Positions 34,169 through 46,441 of a DNA stretch of 46,441 nt are shown piece after piece (positions within the stretch are counted from its first letter, which is position 1; every line of letters begins with the position of its first letter). Under the pieces are notes generated by a model, which saw only the letters and a list, made by a program, of their open reading frames with translations, had not been told where the DNA came from and did not search any database. This DNA is from Phoronis australis (lineage: Eukaryota; Animalia; Phoronida), in NCBI GenBank assembly GCA_002633005.1, contig NMRA01000161.1, positions 1 to 46,441 of the forward strand. Direction: 5' to 3'. A program made the position numbers and the translations under genes.

Positions 34169-36406
34169 ACGGTTTCACCACATGGTGACTGCTGCTCGCG
34201 TTTTCGTCACTCGTGAATCCAGTGCAGTTCATGTCGTACCTTCGTAAATTGTTATAAGAAACGGGATGCTTTCTTGACCACTCTTATGAGCCAATCAGTG
34301 GCCGGTGAGTCCAAGAGCTACACGTAGACCAGTATTAATAAGAAACGACTGATTTTACCCGCGTCGCTGAGATCCCAAAAATCAAATGAAAGATGAATCA
34401 ATAGATCAAGTTGGTTTTTAGAAAGTAAAGCGAGAGCACTCATGCCAATAAACGGGTGTGAATCAGTTTCGTTGATTTTAATCACAATACGAAAAAAATC
34501 ATAATATTATGTGTGTTATTATATGTTGAGTTTATGAGAAACGATTCGTTTCTTTCACATCAATGATCGGGATATTCCATTATCCGGTATGACAACAAGT
34601 TGGGTCCACGGTACTAGATTTACCTGCCCGCGCACCAATTTCTTCTCTCACGACCGCTATTCCCCTCTCTCGGACTGAAACTCTTCCCTCCCACACCCTC
34701 ATTTCGCATTTCGCGGACAGATTTCATTGCTCTTGCACAGGCCGAGTCTGCTCATTCATACACTGTATTCCTTGTAGGAGAAAGGTATTCTCTACTCCAC
34801 TTCGCATTATTTCTTCTCTACGCAAAAACCAACTGTGAACAATCACTACTTGTAAACATACTGCTAGCAATTTTCGATATCTGTTTTATATAGCATATTT
34901 GCGCTGGCAGAGAAGTCCAGGTACCCTGAATTTGGATAATAAGATAAAGATCTTCAGTTCTACTGATGTTACCATCACAAATATTCACAGTCTTAAATTA
35001 CAGAAATCCGCGTCACATTTATAAGCTTAGAATCATGAATTTTCCAAGAAAATACTCAACAAGCAATCCCCTTCTAGTAAATTTAGTTTAGGCGCACCCC
35101 TTGACCTCGTGTCATATGCAAATTAGTTCTAGTATTCAACTGTTCCAGCGGGTTTCCCTAGAAGGCGCTGAACGAAGTGCCTGGCAGTGCACACATCAAT
35201 GGACTTCTTCCACCCTAGGAACAAAATGAGAAGCTGCAAGTCATTTCACCTCACAAACACTTAATGCAAACAATTGCAGTCTCATATTTTTGACTCTTTA
35301 ATTTCCACCGAAATGGCAAGCAGGTTCTGATGAAAGTGGCAAAAACGCAGAATTGGTATTTTCATTAAGAAAACCACCAATTCGCTGCCAAAGCTCGACA
35401 CTATAGTTTCCGAAAGCAAATTTAATACCGAGTCCACAAATGTGCACCAAGAAGGTGTCATCCAATCAAATTTTGGTTTGTTTGAGGGGTACCTGTAACC
35501 GCAGCAGATTCCTCAGTCAGTGCTCTGCAACCAACATTGCTGGTAGAACTTTACGATTCACAACACGTCACAAGCGCAAGCAAACCAGATTTAGCAATGC
35601 ATATCTCAAATTTGGCCTACCCCAAGTATCCAATTTCTGGGGATTACAAATGTGACCGTGACTATACACTGAGCCTAGCTGTACAGCAACACTTCATGTG
35701 GTCGTGTCTGTATGTGGACATACATGTAATTTGCAATGGGCTAATGAAGTAAAAATGGCGCCACCTGATCAGGAGTGACTGCCGAAAGACTTGTCGGTAA
35801 ATGTTGCGAAGGGACAGTGCGAATTGATCCATTTCATGATTATGCTTCAATGGGCAAAATGCAACTATCTCAGGTATCATTTTGTCGACTCTTTTGCTAA
35901 ATGTTAACACGTCAAAAACCTATCTTGCACTGGGATGGTAATCAACGTGATTATGAAGCCGACCATCGCTCCATGTAAAACCTACATGGGAATATATCAT
36001 TGTGCTCTTACAGATGATTATTTTGTCAGCAAATGTTACTACGTGTTACAGTTGCAGATAAAACGTTTGACGTAAATTATTTCCAGACTGACATGCTTTG
36101 ATTTGTTCCGGAAGTGCCTGGTGGGCAGCCATATTGGGTACATGTACATGTACGTTTCTCTAATACAGTATCCTGTCAAGCGGCTGATAAGAGAGGGCCT
36201 GTGCTGAACCAATGCGACATGTACATTGGCAATTGATTTTGAATTTGCCCGAAATGAAGCAAAAGACCTAGTCACATGAGTCTCACAAAACAGCACTAAA
36301 ACACGGACTCGCCATGATAATTATCATTCTAGGGGCAGGAATTCTCTTTTTTTCTAGTACGTTAAACGTTGAATAGTCATAGGGTTAAACATTGGATATA
36401 ATCCAA

Positions 36407-36909
36407 CCTGAGATGGGGGGGAGGGTACTCCCATAAGATTTATAAGGGACGTGCGGCTCAAAAAGGTGATTTTTGCAGTTTCAGGCCCCACGGAAGGTAG
36501 CCTTTCCCGATAAAATTTAAAATTCACTACGAAAGGGTTCACTTTAGGATAGAAAACTCAATGAAAGGGTCATTTTCGAACTACACAAATCTGAAATCGG
36601 TATACTTTAATTTTTTTTTACCGTAGCGGTGCACTAATTCTTTATAACATGGCATCTCTACTTAATTGTATTATTTAGGGCTCAATGGGTAAAAATTTCA
36701 TCTGTCCTTAAATCGGTACGAAAAGGCTCATGAAATTAACCTCTATAAAAAGGCGCTGTTTCTGGAACAACCCTAACGAAAGGGTAACGCTTTCATGGGA
36801 GCTCCCAACTAACGAGACCGTTTTTTGAGTCCATTCGCTCAGATGGGTGAGTTTCCTTTTTCCAGCTGCACCGCCCTTCGATCACTGATATAGTCGAGTA
36901 CCCCCCGGG
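36407..36909. mobile_element. Non-autonomous TIR element with CCCGGGGGGTACTC-type termini
   Basis: The right end is GAGTACCCCCCGGG and the decayed left end is CCTGAGATGGGGGGGAGGGTACTC. Repeated internal GAAAGGGT motifs. Confidence 0.6.
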
Positions 36910-38139
36910 TGGTAGGCAAAGGCCGTTACTAATCGCATGGCTAACCTCCGCGTTTTGCATTGGGCTAATTCCGCCGAGAAGTAGTGTTACCTGTATTCTT
37001 CGTCTCTGAACGATACTGACATGTTGATCATCTCTCCAATTCACCAAGTGGCAAGACCTTCTCACTTGCAAAACAGCATGTCGAAGAAATCGACGACATT
37101 TCGTGAGTCTGCTCAGAATTCGGCTAAGAAGCAATTTACACAAATGGGAAGCAGAGAAAATGAAGCCCAGCTATCAAAAGCAGAACAGTTCGTTTGGCTT
37201 TGCTATTTTGTTGCCATGCTTGTTTCATCTGAAAATATCGCATGTGGTGTAGCCTACATATAACCTGACTGGGATGGATCTCAGGCAGTTCCAGATGATA
37301 CTTAATAAAGGCCGACGAATTACCTGGACTCCCTTCTTGAGGGAGCCCCTAAACTAAAACTGCAAAACATGAAATAAATAATCCGATACGAACCATCGTT
37401 ACCTTTTACTCGCTCGGGTTGGATGTTGTGTCTACGATTAAGTTGGGACCCAGGGGCTTGATCCCGGCCGAAAACATCATCACTGTTTCCACTGCGGAGG
37501 CAACGTATACTTAATTCGCTCATTTGTCGCCAATTAAAGCCCTATGAGTTCGCGACTTATGTTACAGGTTAGCACGGATCGTGAGTCATATTTCTTAGAA
37601 GTGAGATAGTCACGGCAACTCGATGTTGTTACGCGTCAATTTTAGACACAGCAAACCATTGAATACTGGCGAGCATGCAACTTTAAACATGGTAATCCTC
37701 GCCAGCGTGAACGAGGCGCACAAATCTGCTCGCATTTTCGCTTGCGTGGCTTTGGCTCTGTGTCAAATATTTGATCGTGATGGATCGTTTAAAAATAAAA
37801 CAAGTACACTGTTGGACGCATGCTACAAAGCCTTTTACCCGGTAAATTGGCTCAGGCGAAGCTCGGCCGTCGTGATGAAGAACAAAAGCCACTACCTACG
37901 GACTCGTTCATGGTTCAGACCAAATGATCTACCGTTGATTAATTAGCTCCTTACCTCGCAATCGTTCCGCATCAAATGAATTTAGACTGACTAATGCACA
38001 CCATACTTCGAGGTCGGCGAGTTAGTCTATGAGTTAACTAGACCCGTTCATAGTGTGGACTAGAGGTTCCTATCGCCTTCAACTCGCGATTATTCGTAAA
38101 AATGACGATGAGAAAAAAAAGCAATGACTGCATGACCTG

Positions 38140-38398
38140 AACTCTGTTTCATATATATAAGTCTAGAGACATATGGTTTCCACAATTGGCGAATAAAAGT
38201 TAAATGAATACACTGTACCAGTGCATCACCGTCTACTGAGAAATAATTTATACAAATTATCTCAATAACTAGCAGTTATGTGTATATTCTCAGAGACTGT
38301 ACTTTTCCCCATGTGAGATTTTTGTCAGAAATTGCAGTGTGGAGCGAAAGACCAAATTTCTGAGTGAAGTCGTTAGTAACTTTTCATGAAACGGATCT
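38140..38398. mobile_element. Degenerate Harbinger-type MITE with CTG TSD
   Basis: CTG at 38137-38139 and 38399-38401. Imperfect TIRs AACTCTGTTTCAT / ATGAAACGGATCT. A second partial copy is at ~17085-17205. Confidence 0.55.
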
Positions 38399-38494
38399 CT
38401 GTGCCCGGTTGTATGAAACATTCCTAACAGGGAGACTCCACTATGTTCTTGAATTTTTCACTGCATTTGTAGAAAATGATTAATTGCCCGTTTT

Positions 38495-41400
38495 ACGCTA
38501 TTTTATTTTCATTACTAAGTCATTTTTTGATTTGATAGCCACCGATAGTACACTCGTCGCTGAATTCTCATAACTGACATTGATGAGGCCTGGAACACGA
38601 AAAGCAGGCTAAATTACAATATTCAAAGTAGTTCTCTGTCACTGAAGCAGAGATCAAAGTGTTCACCAGGTATATTTACGCATTATTCGTAAGATTTCTG
38701 TTTATGTCCAAGCATTTTTCCTTTAGTTTCAAATTTCCAGAAAAAACGATGTGTCAAATGCTCATCACTTCTTCGAGTTCTCTTTCACAAGGCAAAGTAC
38801 GTCTCCTTATTTGGTATGACAGGAAATAGGCGTACCACATTTCCTTTATATGGAAAATGTGACCCTTGACCTTTGATGCATACAAAACAATGACGATTTC
38901 AACCAGCAGCCAGTCCGACTTCTTTGAGCGCATACGCGCGTATGTATCGAGACAAAAGAGTTAATATTTCGACTGCGTTTCAAAAATGGTAAATCTGGCG
39001 ATATTTTCTAGAAATTTATGCAAGATTCAAGGTGAATAACTTTCATGTTACCATTCCCATGAATTAGATTCGCCACGACTTTTCGCGTTCCACGCCCCTT
39101 TAAGCGAAGCCGAGAGATTTTGAAGATTGGCCACGTTTTCCGCATCGGCAAAATCGACCTAATTTGAACTTAGGAACACGAGTTATCGAAAACGGCTATG
39201 TGGATTTCACTGAAACTTATCAATTTTAATCTTTATTTATCAATCTATTAAGAGTTTATTAAAATCCCAGTTTTGTTGTACTGTGCCATAGACGAATACG
39301 ACCGCTGTTGTTTACAAACATGCCTTACGTTTTGCGAGTTACTGAATTTGGCGTCGAAACCAAGTTAAATGGATAATCGAAAATTCCTAACAGCATTTTT
39401 GATGGATTGTACTGAAACCCCCTCGACCCCACTCCCCTCGAACCACGACCCCCTCGACCCACAACCCCCTCGACCCACGACATATGGCAATAGAGGTATC
39501 TGTGCGCTTTTTACATACTTCATAATCTTATTACGTCGCTGGGCGACTTTCCCATAACACATACCTACACGGGAGTTTGCTCTGGCTGAAGTCAGATGAT
39601 TGAAAACAGAAAGTGGCGTGAGAACGCCGGTGGTCTTGAATGGCGCATTGTGAGCGCGCTATCGTCATCCCTAAATCGCACAAGTCAACAGCGTGCAGCA
39701 CAGTTCCACGAGCGGCTATCAACGGCACAGTTCTAATAAACTTAGGAGAGAGTACGTTAACGTGAATGTACAAAATTTCATATTTTTATTACTTGCTTTA
39801 TATTCTATACTCGTATACAATATACTCCATATAAAGTATACCTTTTACACAGTTTGTTTTTTCAACTGTATTTACCATGGGCGGCGCAGCACTGAAAAAA
39901 GTGNNNNNNNNNNNNNNNNNNNNNNNNNNNNNNNNNNNNNNNNNNNNNNNNNNNNNNNNNNNNNNNNNNNNNNNNNNNNNNNNNNNNNNNNNNNNNNNNN
40001 NNNNNNNNNNNNNNNNNNNNNNNNNNNNNNNNNNNNNNNNNNNNNNNNNNNNNNNNNNNNNNNNNNNNNNNNNNNNNNNNNNNNNNNNNNNNNNNNNNNN
40101 NNNNNNNNNNNNNNNNNNNNNNNNNNNNNNNNNNNNNNNNNNNNNNNNNNNNNNNNNNNNNNNNNNNNNNNNNNNNNNNNNNNNNNNNNNNNNNNNNNNN
40201 NNNNNNNNNNNNNNNNNNNNNNNNNNNNNNNNNNNNNNNNNNNNNNNNNNNNNNNNNNNNNNNNNNNNNNNNNNNNNNNNNNNNNNNNNNNNNNNNNNNN
40301 NNNNNNNNNNNNNNNNNNNNNNNNNNNNNNNNNNNNNNNNNNNNNNNNNNNNNNNNNNNNNNNNNNNNNNNNNNNNNNNNNNNNNNNNNNNNNNNNNNNN
40401 NNNNNNNNNNNNNNNNNNNNNNNNNNNNNNNNNNNNNNNNNNNNNNNNNNNNNNNNNNNNNNNNNNNNNNNNNNNNNNNNNNNNNNNNNNNNNNNNNNNN
40501 NNNNNNNNNNNNNNNNNNNNNNNNTCAAAAGAACCCAACATTGCTGAAGAATGCTTCGCCATCAACAGCAGGTACCTATTCTAGCTTTGGATAATGGCAC
40601 ATTATAGCATTCTGTAATGTTTACAGCAACAGAAAGTGTATTGTTTTTACCAAGGTATCATCAGCCAATTGCCATCTCACGTTAACATGGATTTGATTTT
40701 ATGTTGTAGAACAAGAGATGTGTTGGGAATTTTCAACCTGCTGATTCATATGTACTCTGGCAAGCGTTCTGCTACTCTCAAGGCCTTGTGTACTGGCTTA
40801 CCAGAATTCTTCTAGCTATCAAGGATCACAGCAGGCCAGTCCTGGAAGATGAAGGTGGCAATGCAAGGTAATTAATATAGCTGTGCCAAACATGCATTTT
40901 GGCTACTGGTGTGGCCACGGCTCAGTATTCAACAGGGGTTTGAAACTAAATTGTAAGTGGCCATTAGCCGGGTAGTGCTAAAATGAGTGACGATAATTTA
41001 GGACTCTCCTAGAAACCAAGGGGCAAACACAAAATTGAGATGAAGACGTGGGAAGGCCTTTTTTGCAATGAACAAGCTATGCCACGTCCTGTTATGTCCC
41101 CAAGGCTATTTCAGTGCAGCTTATGACAAAAAGACCACCTGCAATGCTTACAAGAAAGTTGAATTTGATTGTTCCTTGAATGGGAGATGATTTAAATAAC
41201 CAAAAATTGTGACGTATGAATTAAAAATGTCCAAGTGTGCTCCACATGTCCTGTGTGGGTGTGCATTGTGTGTTTATTTTTTATCCAGGCAATGTTTCCT
41301 TGTCCATATCAATGTCGCATGATATCTCAAGAACAGTGCTGCAGTGGGGCGTAGGCACACGTAGGCGCAGCCAACCACCTTTTGGAAATTGAAGGTAGCG

Positions 41401-42872
41401 CTTACGCACCGTACTGTGCTCAAGGTGATACGGTGGGCTTTTGGCACCTACTTACCACAAATNACGCTATTTTATTTTCATTACTAAGTCATTTTTTGAT
41501 TTGATAGCCACCGATAGTACACTCGTCGCTGAATTCTCATAACTGACATTGATGAGGCCTGGAACACGAAAAGCAGGCTAAATTACAATATTCAAAGTAG
41601 TTCTCTGTCACTGAAGCAGAGATCAAAGTGTTCACCAGGTATATTTACGCATTATTCGTAAGATTTCTGTTTATGTCCAAGCATTTTTCCTTTAGTTTCA
41701 AATGTCCAGAAAAAACGATGTGTCAAATGCTCATCACTTCTTCGAGTTCTCTTTCACAAGGCAAAGTACGTCTCCTTATTTGGTATGACAGGAAATAGGC
41801 GTACCACATTTCCTTTATATGGAAAATGTGACCCTTGACCTTTGATGCATACAAAACAATGACGATTTCAACCAGCAGCCAGTCCGACTTCTTTGAGCGC
41901 ATACGCGCGTATGTATCGAGACAAAAGAGTTAATATTTCGACTGCGTTTCAAAAATGGTAAATCTGGCGATATTTTCTAGAAATTTATGCAAGATTCAAG
42001 GTGAATAACTTTCATGTTACCATTCCCATGAATTAGATTCGCCACGACTTTTCGCGTTCCACGCCCCTTTAAGCGAAGCCGAGAGATTTTGAAGATTGGC
42101 CACGTTTTCCGCATCGGCAAAATCGACCTAATTTGAACTTAGGAACACGAGTTATCGAAAACGGCTATGTGGATTTCACTGAAACTTATCAATTTTAATC
42201 TTTATTTATCAATCTATTAAGAGTTTATTAAAATCCCAGTTTTGTTGTACTGTGCCATAGACGAATACGACCGCTGTTGTTTACAAACATGCCTTACGTT
42301 TTGCGAGTTACTGAATTTGGCGTCGAAACCAAGTTAAATGGATAATCGAAAATTCCTAACAGCATTTTTGATGGATTGTACTGAAACCCCCTCGACCCCA
42401 CTCCCCTCGAACCACGACCCCCTCAACCCACAACCCCCTCGACCCACGACATATGGCAATAGAGGTATCTGTGCGCTTTTTACATACTTCATAATCTTAT
42501 TACGTCGCTGGGCGACTTTCCCATAACACATACCTACACGGGAGTTTGCTCTGGCTGAAGTCAGATGATTGAAAACAGAAAGTGGCGTGAGAACGCCGGT
42601 GGTCTTGAATGGCGCATTGTGAGCGCGCTATCGTCATCCCTAAATCGCACAAGTCAACAGCGTGCAGCACAGTTCCACGAGCGGCTATCAACGGCACAGT
42701 TCTAATAAACTTAGGAGAGAGTACGTTAACGTGAATGTACAAAATTTCATATTTTTATTACTTGCTTTATATTCTATACTCGTATACAATATACTCCATA
42801 TAAAGTATACCTTTTACACAGTTTGTTTTTTCAACTGTATTTACCATGGGCGGCGCAGCACTGAAAAAAGTG
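38495..42872. repeat. 1409-bp direct duplication (38495-39903 / 41464-42872) bounded by Ns; probable assembly artefact
   Basis: The copies differ at only about two positions seen. Both stop at the same base before a gap, and copy 2 starts right after the N at 41463. Confidence 0.9.
39904..40524. other. Assembly gap
   Basis: Run of N. Confidence 1.
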
Positions 42873-43437
42873 NNNNNNNNNNNNNNNNNNNNNNNNNNNN
42901 NNNNNNNNNNNNNNNNNNNNNNNNNNNNNNNNNNNNNNNNNNNNNNNNNNNNNNNTAAAGCCCCCTCAGCCCCCCTGTGGTGCACCGCCTATAGACCATG
43001 TGCGGAGTAGCACTGCAAAAAGTGGAGGGCTATAGCCCCCCAGGCCCCTATGGTGCGTCGCCCATGTTTACTGGTGAGATTACAGTTTTGTCGGTTCCTT
43101 GAACTCTGCAATTCCCTGACGAGCAGACGAGACGATTACACTCTGCCGGGAACGACATTTGTAAGGTTGGTAGGTCTTTGATTTGATTTGCTCGTGTTGT
43201 TTTTTCTGTTTTTGGCTTTCAAACTTGCCGAATCGACTGTCTTAATTGCAAAAAACCCGGAAAAGGCAGCGGAGCTGACGGCCCAACTCATTGGTCCTAC
43301 AAGTCAACGCTTGTTCTCTGTTCAGATCGAGTCGAGGTTGTGTAGACTGGGTCGACGGTGTTCTGGGTCGTGGGGGTCGAGGGTCGTGGGTGGAGGTGGT
43401 TGAGGGTGTTGGGGTAGAGGGGATTTCAGAACAATGC
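42373..43437. mobile_element. MULE/Mutator-like non-autonomous element with 9-bp TSD
   Basis: TIRs GGATTGTACTGAAACCCCCTCGACCCC ... GGGGTAGAGGGGATTTCAGAACAATGC with (CTCGACCC)-type subterminal repeats. Perfect ATTTTTGAT at 42364-42372 and 43438-43446. The left part is duplicated at 39404-39903. Confidence 0.85.
42845..43066. mobile_element. Small CATGGGCG-TIR MITE nested in the MULE, 5-bp TSD TTTAC
   Basis: CATGGGCGGCGCA ... TGCGTCGCCCATG, with TTTAC at 42840-42844 and 43067-43071. Spans the gap at 42873-42955. Confidence 0.8.
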
Positions 43438-44065
43438 ATTTTTGATAGATATCGGCAAGTTTTTATATAAAGAATGTTTCATTAAAATCCAAAACAACAA
43501 ACAAAATCGATGCATTCCAGACAAGTTTGTGTTTTTGACCTGCGCAAGATTCAAAGACGTCAAACAAAACAATTTGCCATGCTTTCTGGCTCATTCCCCT
43601 ACCACATGTATGGGACAAACAGTCAAATCAAGGCATACCGTATGCACTGAAGCCCACATACGGAATCCCGTGTGTCATTTATCACAATTTCACAGGGTTA
43701 CATTTCCAAAAGAGGTAACATGACTGACCCATCCAGAACTGCTCAGATCATGACGAAAAACAAGAAGTTCTCCAAAGAAGACTGACTCTCACCTCAACAG
43801 ATCAAAGCTATTTTCTTGCTTACCAAGTTCTCTTAATTGTTGTGGAAAACGTGCACAGTTTAATGCATTTGAAATGGAAAGCATGCCCGAAGAAGATTAT
43901 CGGTTCATACATGTACTTCGACAAAAGATAGTTTAGTCAGTGTGCATTATTGTGATACCCCCCCTTCTTTTCTGCCAACCCAATGAGCTATTTGGTTTGA
44001 TTCTCAAATAGGCATTTGATACCAGAATTAATATTTCAAAACTTTGCCAAATATAGCTGTAACAG

Positions 44066-44214
44066 CATGGGCGGCGCACCATAGGGGACTGGGGGGGGGG
44101 GCTATAGGCCCCCCACTTTTTTCAGTACTACGCGCACATGGCCTATACGCGGTGCACAACAGGGGGGCTGAGGGGGCTTTAGCCCACACTTTTTTCAGTG
44201 CTGCGTCGCCCATG
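44066..44214. mobile_element. 149-bp CATGGGCG-TIR MITE, inverted copy of 42845-43066
   Basis: CATGGGCGGCGCA ... TGCGTCGCCCATG. Flanks AACAG / AACGG give a 5-bp TSD with one mismatch. Confidence 0.85.
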
Positions 44215-44728
44215 AACGGGGCTTGAATTTGGCAGAAAAACAACAAAAGAATGAAAGTGGATATGAAGGTTGTGGCGTTAACCCAGAGGCCTATCTAGGA
44301 CTTTTAAAAGAGGGGATCGGACCAAGGATTTCTGAAAAAAAGGTGTGGTTCAAATCATCAAGTAGAAAATTCTAGATTTGAAACCACTAACATCAAGGAA
44401 AAGGGGGACCAGACCCCCTACCGTCATTCAATCTATCACGGAAATCCTTGACATAGCCTTTATCGCTTTTGCCTTGTCCACTCGCGGATGGTCTTTAGAA
44501 AGCCTCATGCAAGCATGTTTAATAGTGAGCTGTAAAGTTTGAGACACGCTGCCTACATCAGGTGGTTCTATTTGTCTTTACTTGCTGTCTTCACTGAACG
44601 AACTTGAAGTTATGCATCGATAGCTGAAATTAGGGACTAGAAGTGTATTTTTAACTTCCCGTTTATAATCAATCAACAAAAACTCGCCTGCTCGTCGGCC
44701 ATATTAAATCGCTCTTATACACGTACCT

Positions 44729-45831
44729 TCTATTTAATATAGTGTCATGACGAGTGGCTGGTTTAAGGTATCTGTGAACAGTGTGAGCCGATGACCGAGA
44801 CGCTAAAATATTGACTAAAATCAAATACAAATTAGGGAAGCAATTGCATTAAAACATACATTGTAAATTTGCCGCTGCAAATAGTTCTCGCCCAGAGAAT
44901 GTGACAAAATCTGTAACAAAATCGTCTACTAATGTCACATGTACCAGGAAAGTAATGTCTTCTCGTCAGTTTCCGAAAGGCCAACAAAGAATAACGTGAT
45001 GTGACGGTCCCTTTGATGTCGGGCTAGTTGCCAGTACGTTCATGGTGGTCCCAGGGACGAACAAGTTCACATGTACAGCATGGTACTATCAAAGGATTCT
45101 AGCACAGCTTTGCAATGAGCCACTATCAACAGGTATGCGTGTCCCGGAGAGTAAAGAACTTCAAAGCATGGCAATGAATGCCCTTACCAGCATAGCAGAT
45201 CAAATGAGTAAAAATGCGTGCACGTGAACTGAATATCTGTCAATGGGGCTATTCGGAGAATTCTCCTCGCGGTGTCGCTGCTGTACTAGTGGTGATTGAA
45301 TTGCGCATGCGTCGCTCTATTTAATATAGTGTCATGACGAGTGGCTGGTTTAAGGTATCTGTGAACAGTGTGAGCCGATGACCGAGACGCTACAATATTG
45401 ACTAAAATCAAATACAAATTAGGGAAGCAATTGCATTAAAACATACATTGTAAATTTGCCGCTGCAAATAGTTCTCGCCCAGAGAATGTGACAAAATCTG
45501 TAACAAAATCGTCTACCAATGTCACATGTACCAGGAAAGTAATGTCTTCTCGTCAGTTTCCGAAAGGCCAACAAAGAATAACGTGATGTGACGGTCCCTT
45601 TGATATCGGGCTAGTTGCCAATACGTTCATGGTGGTCCCAGGGACGAACAAGTTCACATGTACAGCATGGTACTATCAAAGGATTCTAGCACAGCTTTGC
45701 AATGAGCCACTATCAACAGGTATGCGTGTCCCGGAGAGTAAAGAACTTCAAAGCATGGCAATGAGTGCCCTTACCAGCATAGCAGATCAAATGAGTAAAA
45801 ATGCGTGCACGTGAACTGAATATCTGTCAAT
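44729..45831 (+). repeat. 516-bp direct repeat pair (44729-45244 / 45316-45831) with a unique 71-bp spacer
   Basis: Period 587 bp, about five substitutions between copies, no N at the junction. Confidence 0.92.
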
Positions 45832-46441
45832 TACCTGCCGGTACTCTAACAACAATGCAACCATAAGTTATAAACGGGTGTTGTACTTAACGTACAGACT
45901 AACTCCATATCTCTGTGATCGATTGGCCAAATTTATTAGAAGCACAACAGTACAGCGACGATGTGAATGTGAAGTAGGTTGAACATTGCCAAATATTTTA
46001 AGAACTAGTTTCATGGCGAAAATGATCCGCCTCAAATCACTGAACCGTGTCCAGTAAGTATCCTGGCGTAGTGCTAGGGAATAATACTGCATGATGCAGG
46101 GTATGCGAGACCGTGCGGTACGTCATTAGCGCAAACAAACACCTATTTGCAGAGTTTTTTGTTTTCGCATTTACGAGTTGTCGATGAATACAACCGCATT
46201 TTTGTTAGTGTTGACAATGTTAGAATAGCATTGTCGTTTAGTTCCTGCTTTACATTAGCACAGTTGAAATCATGCATATACATCTTTAAATAATATTAAG
46301 GCAACTTTAAACCTTGTTTACCAGGTTGTACTGAAGTGCAAATATCCTAAATTCTGTTAGCTCTAATCGAGAAGTCCGCATTGCGTCAGAACTTTCATGC
46401 CTTAACCAATCATGTTCGCTATTTCAACATTCACTGCGCAA

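Noticed and set aside
34255-34890. AAGAAACGA...TCGTTTCTT inverted motifs as a MITE
   Set aside because: The matches are short and degenerate, and I could not fix ends or a TSD.
37400-37470. B-box-like GGCTTGATCCCGGCC as a SINE
   Set aside because: Too degenerate, with no convincing A box.
38495-42872. Real segmental duplication or LTR pair
   Set aside because: The boundaries coincide with Ns, cut through a MULE and a MITE, and lack TG..CA ends or a TSD.
45042-45814. Twin 61-aa ORFs as a peptide gene pair
   Set aside because: A by-product of the 516-bp repeat, with no signal peptide, domain or splice context.

Overview
AT-rich, repeat-laden eukaryotic sequence from a draft assembly, most likely an invertebrate metazoan. 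It has three N gaps and three single-N contig joins. There is one intact gene, a single-coding-exon DUF229-family protein (alkaline-phosphatase/sulfatase superfamily) at 13912-15936 on the - strand. The rest is mostly transposon-derived. It includes a ~5.1 kb decayed PIF/Harbinger element (177-5256) with a spliced Myb/SANT-like pseudogene facing a spliced, truncated HARBI1-like transposase pseudogene. Two inverted ~1.5 kb THAP-bearing ISL2EU-like elements bracket the DUF229 gene. There are also Harbinger MITEs with CTG TSDs, CA..TG elements with unusual 5- and 6-bp TSDs, a MULE-like element with a 9-bp TSD, a CR1/L2-type LINE 3' end, a tRNA-derived SINE head and a possible solo LTR. Three near-identical duplications abut Ns and are probably haplotype or assembly artefacts. 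I found no CRISPR array, rRNA or intact tRNA, and no convincing evidence of a wholly new system. The most notable points are the TE architecture and the uncharacterised DUF229 enzyme. All family assignments come from motif recognition by eye, not from database searches.
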